A stretch of 64,000 bases of DNA from an uncultured candidate division Zixibacteria bacterium (GTDB taxonomy: Bacteria > Zixibacteria > MSB-5A5 > UBA10806 > 4484-95). Shown here in pieces: positions 30,276 to 40,100 of this stretch. Below the pieces are notes generated by a model. That model saw nothing but the letters and a program-made list of their open reading frames with translations. It was not told the origin of the DNA and did not search any database. Location of the stretch: contig CAXXKA010000006.1 of assembly GCA_963668625.2 (NCBI GenBank), positions 736,001 to 800,000 on the forward strand. Reading direction: 5' to 3'. The position numbers and the translations under genes are program-made. Each line of letters begins with the position of its first letter. Position 1 is the stretch's first letter.

Positions 30276-30409
30276 ATTTTATCTCATAAAAAGATTATTT
30301 CCCCGGTAGCTCTGACAGGCCTGCCTTTTCTATAAAGGCTTTAAAACCAGGATGATTGAAAATGAATTTCCTGTCAGAAACTATGAATAGTGAAAAATGA
30401 GGCGCCAAC

Positions 30410-31095
30410 TTGAAGAAGCTATATCTGAAATTGATGGGTGTAATTGCGGTTATGATAATTTTCATGACCCTGCCGCGCTGTTCGGATGATGACAGTGTCA
30501 ACAACACGGACGTCGAGGAAGCGATCTGGGAGCAGGTGGCAGGCAGCACCGATGCTATAGCCGATACGGCGACTTTACGTAAAATGTATTTTGTGTCAGC
30601 CACGGTATAGAGGAAATGGATATTGATACGGTTTCTAATATGTTGTCCATCTCGTTTCCATTTGCTGATGAAGGCTGGGTATGTGGAAGATATTACTTGT
30701 ATCACTTTACCGATGGAAACTGGACAAATGCTGATCAATCTTATGTTCACGGATCAAATACATCCATCTACTTTATTCCCGGTACAACCTGCGGATGGTG
30801 TGTGGGTAGCCATAGTAATATACTTCATACTACGGATGGCATGAACTGGGTTAAACAGACAAGTCCGGATTTCAATCATCAAGATGATTATGGCTTATAC
30901 GGTGTTTATTTCCAGGATACTTCTACGGGCTGGGCAGTTGGCGCCGGCGGCGTAATATTGCATACAACCGATGGCGGAGAAAACTGGTCGATACAGGAGA
31001 GCGGTACCACTAATGGGCTTACCAGTGTTTTTGCAGTTTCCTCCACAGTTTATGCTGCAGGACAAAATGGCACTGTGCTTAAGTTGCAACAGTAG
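30410..31095 (+). pseudogene. Disrupted BNR/Ycf48-like beta-propeller lipoprotein
   Basis: The N-terminal lipoprotein-like part (30410-30610) ends at MYFVSATV*. The repeats resume in another frame (30616-31095) with ILHTTDG..W and GWAVG.GG.IL motifs, which implies an internal deletion or frameshift. Confidence 0.7.
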
Positions 31096-31117
31096 TTTTC
31101 TCTTGTTCCTAAGCGCT

Positions 31118-31264
31118 GGGGTTGTTGAAAAAGCCCTCAACGCGCGTCGCTGGGAATCTTTCCCGGCGACATTCTGCATGAAATCAGGTGTCAGGAATAG
31201 ATGAACAAAGGACTCCGTCCGCCTGACACCGCAACTACCAGATTAGGACTTTTTCAACAACCCC
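31118..31264. mobile_element. MITE family B inserted in a REP hairpin
   Basis: 19-bp TIRs GGGGTTGTTGAAAAAGCCC / GGACTTTTTCAACAACCCC (1 mismatch), flanked by GCT|..|GCT. Confidence 0.88.
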
Positions 31265-31320
31265 GCTGCTTGTGAAACTGGCCAGCGCTGGTAATTCAAT
31301 CTATACCGCTATATCAAGCG

Positions 31321-31348
31321 GCGTTACGAAGCGGCGCTTCGTAACGAG
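31321..31348. repeat. REP hairpin related to the MITE A internal hairpin
   Basis: CGTTACGAAGC-GGC-GCTTCGTAACG-AG. Confidence 0.75.
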
Positions 31349-31423
31349 GGGGTAGGATACACGGCGATATTCATCCCTATGCTTCCCACAACTCATTAAT
31401 TACACATAAGATATTGTTTACTC

Positions 31424-31451
31424 TTGACATAGTCCGTTTTGCCGATATATT
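31424..31451 (+). promoter_or_regulatory. Putative sigma70 promoter of the tRNA pair
   Basis: TTGACA-16 bp-TATATT, about 95 nt upstream of tRNA-Pro. Confidence 0.5.
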
Positions 31452-31544
31452 CTACAGTTCGTGTCCGGCAGACTGTTAAATCAGGTTTGCCCTCACGATC
31501 CTGTGGGCGGCATATATTCTTATGTGCCCCATACCAAATTATGA

Positions 31545-31618
31545 CGGGGTGTGGCGCAGCCTGGTAGCGCACCTGCTTTGGGAGCAGGGAGTCGGAGGTT
31601 CAAATCCTCTCACCCCGA
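31545..31618 (+). tRNA. tRNA-Pro(TGG)
   Basis: CGGGGTGTGGCGCAGCCTGGTAGCGCACCTGCTTTGGGAGCAGG..GGTTCAAATCCTCTCACCCCGA. Confidence 0.96.
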
Positions 31619-31633
31619 TTTTAAAAGATTGAT

Positions 31634-31707
31634 GCCCCCGTAGCTCATCTGGATAGAGCATCTGCCTTCTAAGCAGAGGGTAACAGGTTCGAGTCCTGTC
31701 GGGGGTA
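31634..31707 (+). tRNA. tRNA-Arg(TCT)
   Basis: GCCCCCGTAGCTCATCTGGATAGAGCATCTGCCTTCTAAGCAGA..GGTTCGAGTCCTGTCGGGGGTA. Confidence 0.96.
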
Positions 31708-31856
31708 TTTTTTTATGGGGAATTCAGTACCTCACCCAGCGGGTGAGTAAAATAATCATTCTGTTTTGCTTATCATGAATTGCAACCCAGCCTGCAGTCT
31801 CTCCCACCAGTTCGGTAGGGAATGCAGTCCTATCGCCTTGTGCCTGTTAAATATTC

Positions 31857-32408
31857 CTAATAAATAAAATAGCTGAACCCGCCGTGAATCCTGAATACCT
31901 TCACGCTGTCGTAATCCTCTACCTTTGTCGATTGATACTCCAGCTCCGTGAAAAAGCCGGCGTTGTCGGCAACCATGGTCATTATGCCCCATTGTAAAGC
32001 GAAGCCTTTCGTGGTCCTGTCAGAATTATACCCGTAATTATCCTGACTTTCCTTCATCACCATAAACTCGATTCCGAAATAGGGATAGATGGTGCCTTTC
32101 ATTTGATCCCTTTTTTTGGTGACATCGATATAATACTTGAAACTCGGCCCTATTCCGTATGCCGAGTAAGTCGAACCGTTGGATTGCCTGGAAAACATCA
32201 ACGCGGCGCCCATGGAGAAACCGGGGGTCACGAAATAGTTAAACGAGGGATCGAAAGTAATTACTGAATAATCATTATCAACATAATTAGTATAGCTGAA
32301 ACCGCCGCCGGCCATAACGCTGCCTTTGTCGATAGGCGAGTCCTGGGCAAATGCGATTGATGATAATACTGCCAGACAGATAAATACGGTTAACGATACG
32401 CGTTTCAA
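31857..32408 (-). CDS. Small outer-membrane beta-barrel protein
   Basis: Signal peptide, about 8 amphipathic strands, C-terminal GGFSYFIY; RBS AGGAGG with a TTG start. Confidence 0.85.
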   Translation of the reverse strand: MKRVSLTVFICLAVLSSIAFAQDSPIDKGSVMAGGGFSYTNYVDNDYSVITFDPSFNYFVTPGFSMGAALMFSRQSNGSTYSAYGIGPSFKYYIDVTKKRDQMKGTIYPYFGIEFMVMKESQDNYGYNSDRTTKGFALQWGIMTMVADNAGFFTELEYQSTKVEDYDSVKVFRIHGGFSYFIY

Positions 32409-32515
32409 TTGAACCTCCTTGATAATAATAAGGCATAGAGCCTCAGTTGATAGAGCTTTTTAATAGCGATTGAAATATAGATAAATGTTGGTTGGCTGGC
32501 AATGTTTATATCTCA

Positions 32516-32550
32516 TCGACTATTATACCTGACCGGATCATATAATCGAT
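32516..32550 (+). repeat. 35-bp direct repeat, copy 1
   Basis: TCGACTATTATACCTGACCGGATCATATAATCGAT matches 37019-37053 with one mismatch. Confidence 0.85.
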
Positions 32551-32629
32551 CATTGTGGGCGGCATACGTCCTCGTATGCCCCTGACCGTGGGAGGCACAT
32601 GTCCTCATGTGCCCCATACCAAATTATGA

Positions 32630-32690
32630 CGGGGTGTGGCGCAGCCTGGTAGCGCACCTGCTTTAGGAGCAAGTGCAAATCCTCTCACCC
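32630..32690 (+). pseudogene. Degenerate duplicate of tRNA-Pro
   Basis: The first 35 nt and 23 nt of upstream flank are identical to tRNA-Pro at 31545. The anticodon reads TAG instead of TGG, and about 10 nt of the variable loop/T-arm are lost. Confidence 0.85.
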
Positions 32691-32740
32691 TCAGAAACAC
32701 CGCTAAAACCACCATGGATGCGATCTGACAGACTTTAGTT

Positions 32741-35700
32741 TTATTCTGTGATGGAATTCTGGCTATTTATTATGCCCTGAATAACAGTCCCTGCACAATC
32801 GCCTCGAACCGGTTTGGGGTTCAAGCCCCTGAAGTAGTTTACAAGATAAGTTACATCTGCACCGATAACCTGACAATCGCCGGAAGCATCTCCTGCCAGA
32901 ATCGGATTGGGTGGCGGATTCAAACCTCTGAAATAGCCGACAAGGTATGTAACATCAGCACCGATTATTATTCCATCGGTATTAGCATCCCCAGGCGGGA
33001 ATATAGCTAACTTGCGCACTTCCGGCTCAGGCAAGCCGCCGTAACGAATCAAGCTATCATCACCAGAAGCGAATATTCGCCAATAGAGATTGCCACCGGC
33101 TAAAGCAAGTGTATCTGTAATCATCACCTTGGAAGTATCCGTAATACCCGATCTGGTTAGCACAAAGTTGTCGAATAGGCTGTCAGGCGAGATCTGCAGG
33201 GTATACTCAATGCTTGCCATAGGATCGTAATCTACCGTACCGCCCCAATTGAAATAAGTGTAGTAGTCAACCCAGCGGAGGTCGGGTTCGGGAGTGTTAA
33301 GGGGAAATGGTTCAGGCGGATAGTTATAATGGTTAGTCCAGAACCATTGCATTTCGCTCCACTCGCTTTCTAAGCCCTCATCATCAACCGTTTTAACGAA
33401 ATACATGAAATGTGAATTGTCCGGCAGTTCTACAGGTATTGCGACCTGGTTTATGCCCGGGGCAGTGGTATCGCCATATTCAAACCCGCCAGTGGATGTA
33501 TCCTCTATCAGGTGGAAATAGTAAATCAAATTATCGCTATGATCATCAGGGTCAGGGTCGGTGGCATCATCCCATGTGATAGTTGGTGTGAGCGAGATAA
33601 TTTCCTCATCGGCTGCGGGAGAGAAGCCAGAAGTGGGTGGAAATGGCGGATCGTTAACATTGGCTCCATATATGAAATAGTTGGTGCCATCCGTAAACTC
33701 TGAGCTTAAACCGAATGAGTCATCAGCTTTAACTCGCCAATAATAAGTTTCTTCTACCACAAGGTTTTCGATACCGGTTAAATCGCTCAGCCTTTGAGCA
33801 AGAGCTTCATCCAATAATAATCCAGAATTGGAAATACCGCTTACATCAATCTCTGGTGATGAAAAATCAGAGTTATTGTCGATCTGTAGCGAATAAGTGA
33901 CTAAATCCATAGTATCAGGATCAGTACTGATAAGCCAGATCAAGTAAGTATCATCATCGACATTATCGCCATTATCCGGATCAAGGATAGTTGGCAGTGT
34001 TGGATAGCCGTCTATGTAGAAATTCCAGGTTTCATCGCTCAATCTTGACGGATAAGATTCATGGAAGGCTAAAACTTTCCAATAATATTGAATTGATCTG
34101 GATAACGTGTCAGATAAAATATACGAAGTATCATTTAGGCTTATTGATGAATCCGCTAATTCGAAATTAGGATTACCGGCGATGATAAAGATATATGATA
34201 CTTCCTCACTTTCAAAACTATCTGTAGCTGTTTGCCAGAAAAAATGTTCAGGCGTATTCGTTAGAATGGAACCTGTTTGCGGCGACCTGAGGCCAAAAGC
34301 TAATAAACCGATACAGCCTTGTTCATTCGCGCCTATAAGAGTCCCACATTCATTATTTTCGGGTAAGCATGGCGAGATATCATAAAGGTGGTAATCCCCT
34401 TCATTCAAATTGCAGAATAGCGGATCAAGTGAGAAATTGCCATTTATATTGGCTTGATCGGCGATATACCCCGTCCAATCGCCGAACTCATTGCCATAGA
34501 TATTAGAGCAAGATATTGTTGGTACACTTAAAGTATCAGCGCAAAATATTGCTTCTGCTGAATCATTAAAAGCAATGATAGAATTAGAAATTGTCATTTG
34601 CACATTATCCGCAAAATACATTGCGCCACCACCCGAGGGCGAATTATTATTTACAAATGTGCAATTAGATATTTCAGGATTCGAAACACCAGTTAAGTAA
34701 AGAGCACCACCATTTATATTGCATGTATTTCCGATAAAAGCACATTCTACTATGTTTATATTATCAGAATTTGATGATAATCCACCGCCATGATGGGCAT
34801 TATTGTTTATAAGATAATTATTTGTAAGGATTGGCGTTGCATCCGAACACCAAATTCCACCCCCATGCCCATACCATAAATAATGGTTCGCAATGGTATT
34901 ATTAGTTATAATTGGATTACATTGGTAGCAATAAATTCCGCCCCCACCTTCATTAGCAAGGTTATTGCTGATTATGTTGCCATTTATCATTGGCGTTGAT
35001 GAGTGGCAAGCTATGCCACCACCACCACCTTCTGTTGCTGAGTTATAGCTGATTATATTTTCAGAAATTATAGGATTAGAATTGTTTGCACAATAAATTC
35101 CTCCTCCGTTCCACATGCACCTATTACTGTCAATACAGTTATTATTAATCAACGGACTGCTGTTATCACAATATATTCCTCCTCCAAGGCCTATAAATGA
35201 AGAGCCAAAGTTATTATTTCTAATCAAATTATTAATAATTTGCGGATTTGAATTCACACAACTTATTCCACCACCATATAAATTAATCCCATTGGTTAAA
35301 GTAAATCCTGAGATAATTGCAGTCGTATCTTCGCCGCTATTGAAGGTAACAACCGAGCCTGATTCATCCCCATCGATGGTTGTTAACTCTATGAAAGTAG
35401 TGTCTTCGGCTAAGAGAAATAAAGAACTCAATAATATGCTTTTTCCAATAAAATTAATGTTTTCAATAAAAATACCTGGGTGAACCAGGACTGTATCCCC
35501 ATTAGTTGACCTATCGATTCCATGTTGTATTGTTGCATAGGGGGATTCTTCTGACCCATCACCTGTAGTATCATTTCCCGTATTTGATATATGCCATAGT
35601 GATCTGGACTGATTGAAATAAATTGCCCCCATATCTGATATTGTGCCGTCAGGATCAAATGGGCTGGATGGGTCACCGGCGTCTATGCAAGGAGAATTGA

Positions 35701-36658
35701 CCAAAAGGTTTAAATCAATAGGGGGTATATCACTTACAAACTCAGGATTAGAATAGATACTGTTTGACCCTGGTGTTATGCCAAAAGTATTATCTGGATT
35801 GTTGTTAAAAAAATTGTTGTAGTCTACTATTAGATTAGGTGTCGTACCTTCGTGGTATATTCCATATTCATTGTTGTTAGCAAAGATGTTATTTAGAATT
35901 GTTATATCACTACCATTATAAATATATACCGAACCTCTATATGGGTCGGGGCCAGAATTATCGAGAAGCGTATTATTGTAAAATTCAATATTGTTACAAT
36001 CGAATAGATCAACTCCACACAGATATACGCTTTGGTTTGAGTAAATTAAATTTCTCTCAATTCTAATATTATCGCAATAATCAAGCATGATTCCGGCAAC
36101 TACATTAGCCCAATTATTATGAATGCTGTTAGAGTCAATAACTGTATTCGAGGCGTTAATAAGACGAATTGCCCCACCATTGTTAGGCGATATATCTCTA
36201 TGATCGCAATACCGTATCTCGTTTTTCCTTATAAAAGGGCTAGCATTATCACATCTAATCCCAAGTTCATGATTTTGAATTAAGTTATTATAAATGTATG
36301 GTGATGAGTTTTCGCAATGAATTCCCCAATAAGTCGAATCACCCTCAATTGTAAAACCCTCTAATCTTGACGTTGTATCTTCATTGTCATGAAAATACAC
36401 GGCGGGTATACCTGAATATGCAACTGTTAAAACGCAATTTTCCAAACCGTTATTGCTTTTTACAACTATTGCTTTACCGAGAAAATCAATATGCTCTTGA
36501 TATATACCATCTGATACTAATACAGTATCTCCATTTACAGCGTTGATGATACCGGCCTGTATAGTCGGCTGATCAGCAGGTATATTAATAACAGTAGCAT
36601 AGACAGGCATTATCGAAAACACTAATGTCATTAAACAAAATAATATCACTTTTCTCAT
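32741..36658 (-). CDS. Large secreted right-handed beta-helix (pectin-lyase-fold) repeat protein with FN3-like domains and a dockerin-like tail
   Basis: Signal peptide; two units starting TIQ.GI......DTVLV..G.Y.E.I.F.GK.I; GGGIYC repeats; SPCIDAGDP; YYWRV.A.D modules; two GDAN/GDAS..IGADVTYLV.YFRG repeats. Confidence 0.88.
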   Translation of the reverse strand: MRKVILFCLMTLVFSIMPVYATVINIPADQPTIQAGIINAVNGDTVLVSDGIYQEHIDFLGKAIVVKSNNGLENCVLTVAYSGIPAVYFHDNEDTTSRLEGFTIEGDSTYWGIHCENSSPYIYNNLIQNHELGIRCDNASPFIRKNEIRYCDHRDISPNNGGAIRLINASNTVIDSNSIHNNWANVVAGIMLDYCDNIRIERNLIYSNQSVYLCGVDLFDCNNIEFYNNTLLDNSGPDPYRGSVYIYNGSDITILNNIFANNNEYGIYHEGTTPNLIVDYNNFFNNNPDNTFGITPGSNSIYSNPEFVSDIPPIDLNLLVNSPCIDAGDPSSPFDPDGTISDMGAIYFNQSRSLWHISNTGNDTTGDGSEESPYATIQHGIDRSTNGDTVLVHPGIFIENINFIGKSILLSSLFLLAEDTTFIELTTIDGDESGSVVTFNSGEDTTAIISGFTLTNGINLYGGGISCVNSNPQIINNLIRNNNFGSSFIGLGGGIYCDNSSPLINNNCIDSNRCMWNGGGIYCANNSNPIISENIISYNSATEGGGGGIACHSSTPMINGNIISNNLANEGGGGIYCYQCNPIITNNTIANHYLWYGHGGGIWCSDATPILTNNYLINNNAHHGGGLSSNSDNINIVECAFIGNTCNINGGALYLTGVSNPEISNCTFVNNNSPSGGGAMYFADNVQMTISNSIIAFNDSAEAIFCADTLSVPTISCSNIYGNEFGDWTGYIADQANINGNFSLDPLFCNLNEGDYHLYDISPCLPENNECGTLIGANEQGCIGLLAFGLRSPQTGSILTNTPEHFFWQTATDSFESEEVSYIFIIAGNPNFELADSSISLNDTSYILSDTLSRSIQYYWKVLAFHESYPSRLSDETWNFYIDGYPTLPTILDPDNGDNVDDDTYLIWLISTDPDTMDLVTYSLQIDNNSDFSSPEIDVSGISNSGLLLDEALAQRLSDLTGIENLVVEETYYWRVKADDSFGLSSEFTDGTNYFIYGANVNDPPFPPTSGFSPAADEEIISLTPTITWDDATDPDPDDHSDNLIYYFHLIEDTSTGGFEYGDTTAPGINQVAIPVELPDNSHFMYFVKTVDDEGLESEWSEMQWFWTNHYNYPPEPFPLNTPEPDLRWVDYYTYFNWGGTVDYDPMASIEYTLQISPDSLFDNFVLTRSGITDTSKVMITDTLALAGGNLYWRIFASGDDSLIRYGGLPEPEVRKLAIFPPGDANTDGIIIGADVTYLVGYFRGLNPPPNPILAGDASGDCQVIGADVTYLVNYFRGLNPKPVRGDCAGTVIQGIINSQNSITE

Positions 36659-37018
36659 CTTACTCTCCTTAATCCAAAACGAGTTTTATAGAAGATCATT
36701 CGATGCTATTGCCGGATGCGTACCCCTAAACGTGTACTGATATAAGATAAGCAGGCTTTTCCCGTCTGTCAATAATAATAGATATGGGTTGTGATCGAAT
36801 TGCCTTATAAAAAATGTAACCGAAAAGGGTAAAAACAGGGTTAAAAAGTATTATTCGTGCCCCAACTGGTATACCTGTAGTAAAACTGTTGGATAAGAAT
36901 ATCCGCCAGCCGCAAGGAAAACACGATTGGCAAATCACCCTTCAGACTTACCCAGCAGTTTGGCAGGATATAAGCCAGTACAATCCAGCGGCCCTAAAGC
37001 TTCCGGTACTTTTTCAGC

Positions 37019-37053
37019 TCGACTATTATACTTGACCGGATCATATAATCGAT
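37019..37053 (+). repeat. 35-bp direct repeat, copy 2
   Basis: Matches 32516-32550; contains a TTGACC -35-like hexamer. Confidence 0.85.
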
Positions 37054-37190
37054 TATATTTTAATACAGTTGTCGAAAAGTTTATGGCTTCACGGCTCTTT
37101 TATATCTGCCAATTATATTAAATGATGACCGGTTAAGGGGAGTACTGGATATTAACCATCTAAGTGAAAACGAATAAAATGTCATAAGAA

Positions 37191-40100
37191 ATGAGGTTGG
37201 CTATGCGTAATTTACGGTCGCTTGTACCCGCGTTAAAACTCGTGATGATAACATCCGCGGTTATTCTTCTATTTAGCGCAAACCTGCTCGCTCAATCATC
37301 CACGAAAATAAATGAGCTCGAAAGAATGAGCCGGGAATATAAGTATAAACTGGACAGCCATCGAACGCAGCTCTATGATGATTTAATAACAAGCGAGGCT
37401 CAACCCCAGAAAAATCTTAACGCCAATCCCGATATAGAGTTGATGTATATCGATGATATGGGCCATCCCGTGTTTTACGAGATGCAGAACCTGACAGCCG
37501 CCCAAACAATAAGCACCGATGAGGTCTGGCCCGGCGGCAGTGGCGGATTTAATCTCACCGGCGTTAATACTATCAGCGGTGAACTGGCGCTCTGGGATGG
37601 CGGTGGTGTCCTGACTACTCATCAGGAGCTGTCCGGCAGTGTAACCCAGATGGATAGCCCCGGCGGTACTCATTATCATTCCACTCATGTGGCCGGCACC
37701 ATGATCGCCGACGGCGATGTATCAGCGGCGCAGGGGATGTCGTACCAGGGCAATCTCGAGGCCTGGGATTGGGATTATGATGATTCGGAAATGGCCTCGG
37801 AAGCGGCCGGTGATCTTCGCATTTCCAATCACTCGTATGGATTTGTCGCAGGCTGGTATTATGATTATTCCTCGTATGAATGGGTCTGGTACGGAAATAC
37901 CTCAGTTAGCGAGACAGAGGATTACGGTTTCGGGTTTTACAGCGCCGAGGTGGCTGCCTGGGATTCGATCGCCTATAACGCGCCGTATTATACCATCGTA
38001 AAATCAGCCGGAAACGACCGCAACGATAACGGGCCCTCGGGGGGAGAAGGCCACTGGGCCTGGTACGATAGCTCCTCGAGTTGGGAATGGAACTATGTAA
38101 CGCGTGATCCTGATGGCGGTACTTCCGGCTATGACTGTATCGGCTGGCGGGGAAACGCCAAGAATATTATCAGCGTGGGGGCGGTTGAGGATATACCCGG
38201 CGGCTACAGTTCACCCGGAGATGTCACGGTGACCGATTATAGCGGTTGGGGGCCAACCGATGATGGTCGTATCAAGCCCGATATAGTAGCCAATGGCAGC
38301 AGGCTGTATTCCTGTTTTGATGATGATAATTCCTCATACGGATCGATAGGCGGTACCTCCATGAGCTCGCCGACTGTCTCTGGCTCGTTGAATCTTCTAT
38401 TGCATTACTACGAATCCTCGCATAGCGGTGTTACGCCACGTTCCGCTACGATGAAAGCGTTGATGATTCATTCTGCGGATGAGGCGGGAATATACACCGG
38501 CCCGGATTTTCAGCATGGCTGGGGCTTGATGAACACGCAAAAAGCAGCCGAGGTTATCCAAACAGATTCGATTTACGGTGGATATATAATGGAGGATATT
38601 TTAAATAACGGCGAAACGAAATATTTCAGTATAAATAACACCTCCGGTGAACCTATTCGTATGACTATCGCCTGGACCGATCCTGCCGGAACGCCGCCCT
38701 CGGCGCAGGTTGACCCCTCCGATATCATGCTGGTGCACGATCTCGACATGACACTCGAGCATATACCCGGCACGAACATGTACTATCCCTACGTGCTGGA
38801 TCCGGCTAATCCATCCTATGCGGCTACTACCGGGGATAATTTCAGAGATAATGTCGAGCAGGTATATATAGCCTCGCCATCGCCGGGGCAATATCGGGTA
38901 GCGATATCGCACAAAAACTCACTATCCTCCACGCAACATTTCTCGATTATCAGTTCTCATCAGGTTGGAATATACACACCTAATTCACCTCCGGTGGCGG
39001 TATGCGCTTCCGGGATTAATGTGCCTGTTGACAGCAACTGCCAGGCTTTCGTCTCTGCCGATGACGGCTCATATGATCCTGACGGTGATCCGATCACATT
39101 GGAGCAACATCCGCCATCGCCATATACGGTTGGCGTTACAGGCATATACCTGGTGGTTACCGACTCCACCGGTTTGAAAGATAGCTGTTATACCGAGATA
39201 ACGGTATATGATGATATAGATCCGGTGGCGATATGCCCCTCCGATATTACGGTGGATAACGAATTGGATGAATGCGGCGCTTTTGTTACATTCGCTATCG
39301 ATGCTTCCGATAATTGCTCGGTCGCCTCGGTTATCGCGACACCGTCCTCCGGCTCGTTTTTCGATGTTGGCACTACCCAGGTAACTGTCACGGCTACTGA
39401 TGGTTCGGCCAATACCGGCGTTTGCTTTTTCGATGTAATAGTGAATGATACTCAACCGCCTTTCGTGCCCTGTCCGGCGACGATAGTCGTGGCGAACGAT
39501 CCCGGTGAATGCGGCGCGGTGGTCGAGTTCGGTTATGAGGCCTCGGATAACTGTGGAGTGTTGGAAACCTCGGCGGTTCCGCCCTCGGGTTCGTTTTTTG
39601 ATGCAGGTACCACCGAGGTAACCCTTATCGCAATCGATATTCATGACAATGCCGATACCTGCGGTTTCGAGATTACGGTTAATGATACCGAGTTGCCGTT
39701 CGTTCCCTGCCCCTCTAATATCGTTGTAGATAACGATCCCGGTGAATGCGGAGCGATTGTCGAATTTGGTTTTGCCGCCGACGATAATTGCGAAATAGAA
39801 GAGGCACTGGCCGATCCGCCCTCCGGCTCGTTTTTCCCGGTGGGGAACACCACCGTTATTCTCCGAGCAACCGATACCAGCGATAATACCGACTCATGTC
39901 ATTTCATCGTTACGGTAAATGATACTATTGCGCCATCCGCAGAATGCCCGACCGATATGGAGCTGACATACGATCCCGGGGTAGAAGGCGCAATCGGTGT
40001 TTTCAGTTCGGTTTACGATGATAACTGCTCCGATGGCTCGATAGTCTGCGATCCGCCTTCCGGCTCGGTATTTCCTCTCGGTATCACCACGGTGTATTGC

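Noticed and set aside
30608-30616. Pyrrolysine or stop-codon readthrough at the TAG of the BNR lipoprotein
   Set aside because: The downstream part is in a different frame, so readthrough cannot join the two; a deletion or frameshift fits better.
32630-32690. Functional recoded or suppressor tRNA
   Set aside because: The T-arm is deleted and the acceptor stem is broken. Anticodon TAG would read Leu CUA, not amber.
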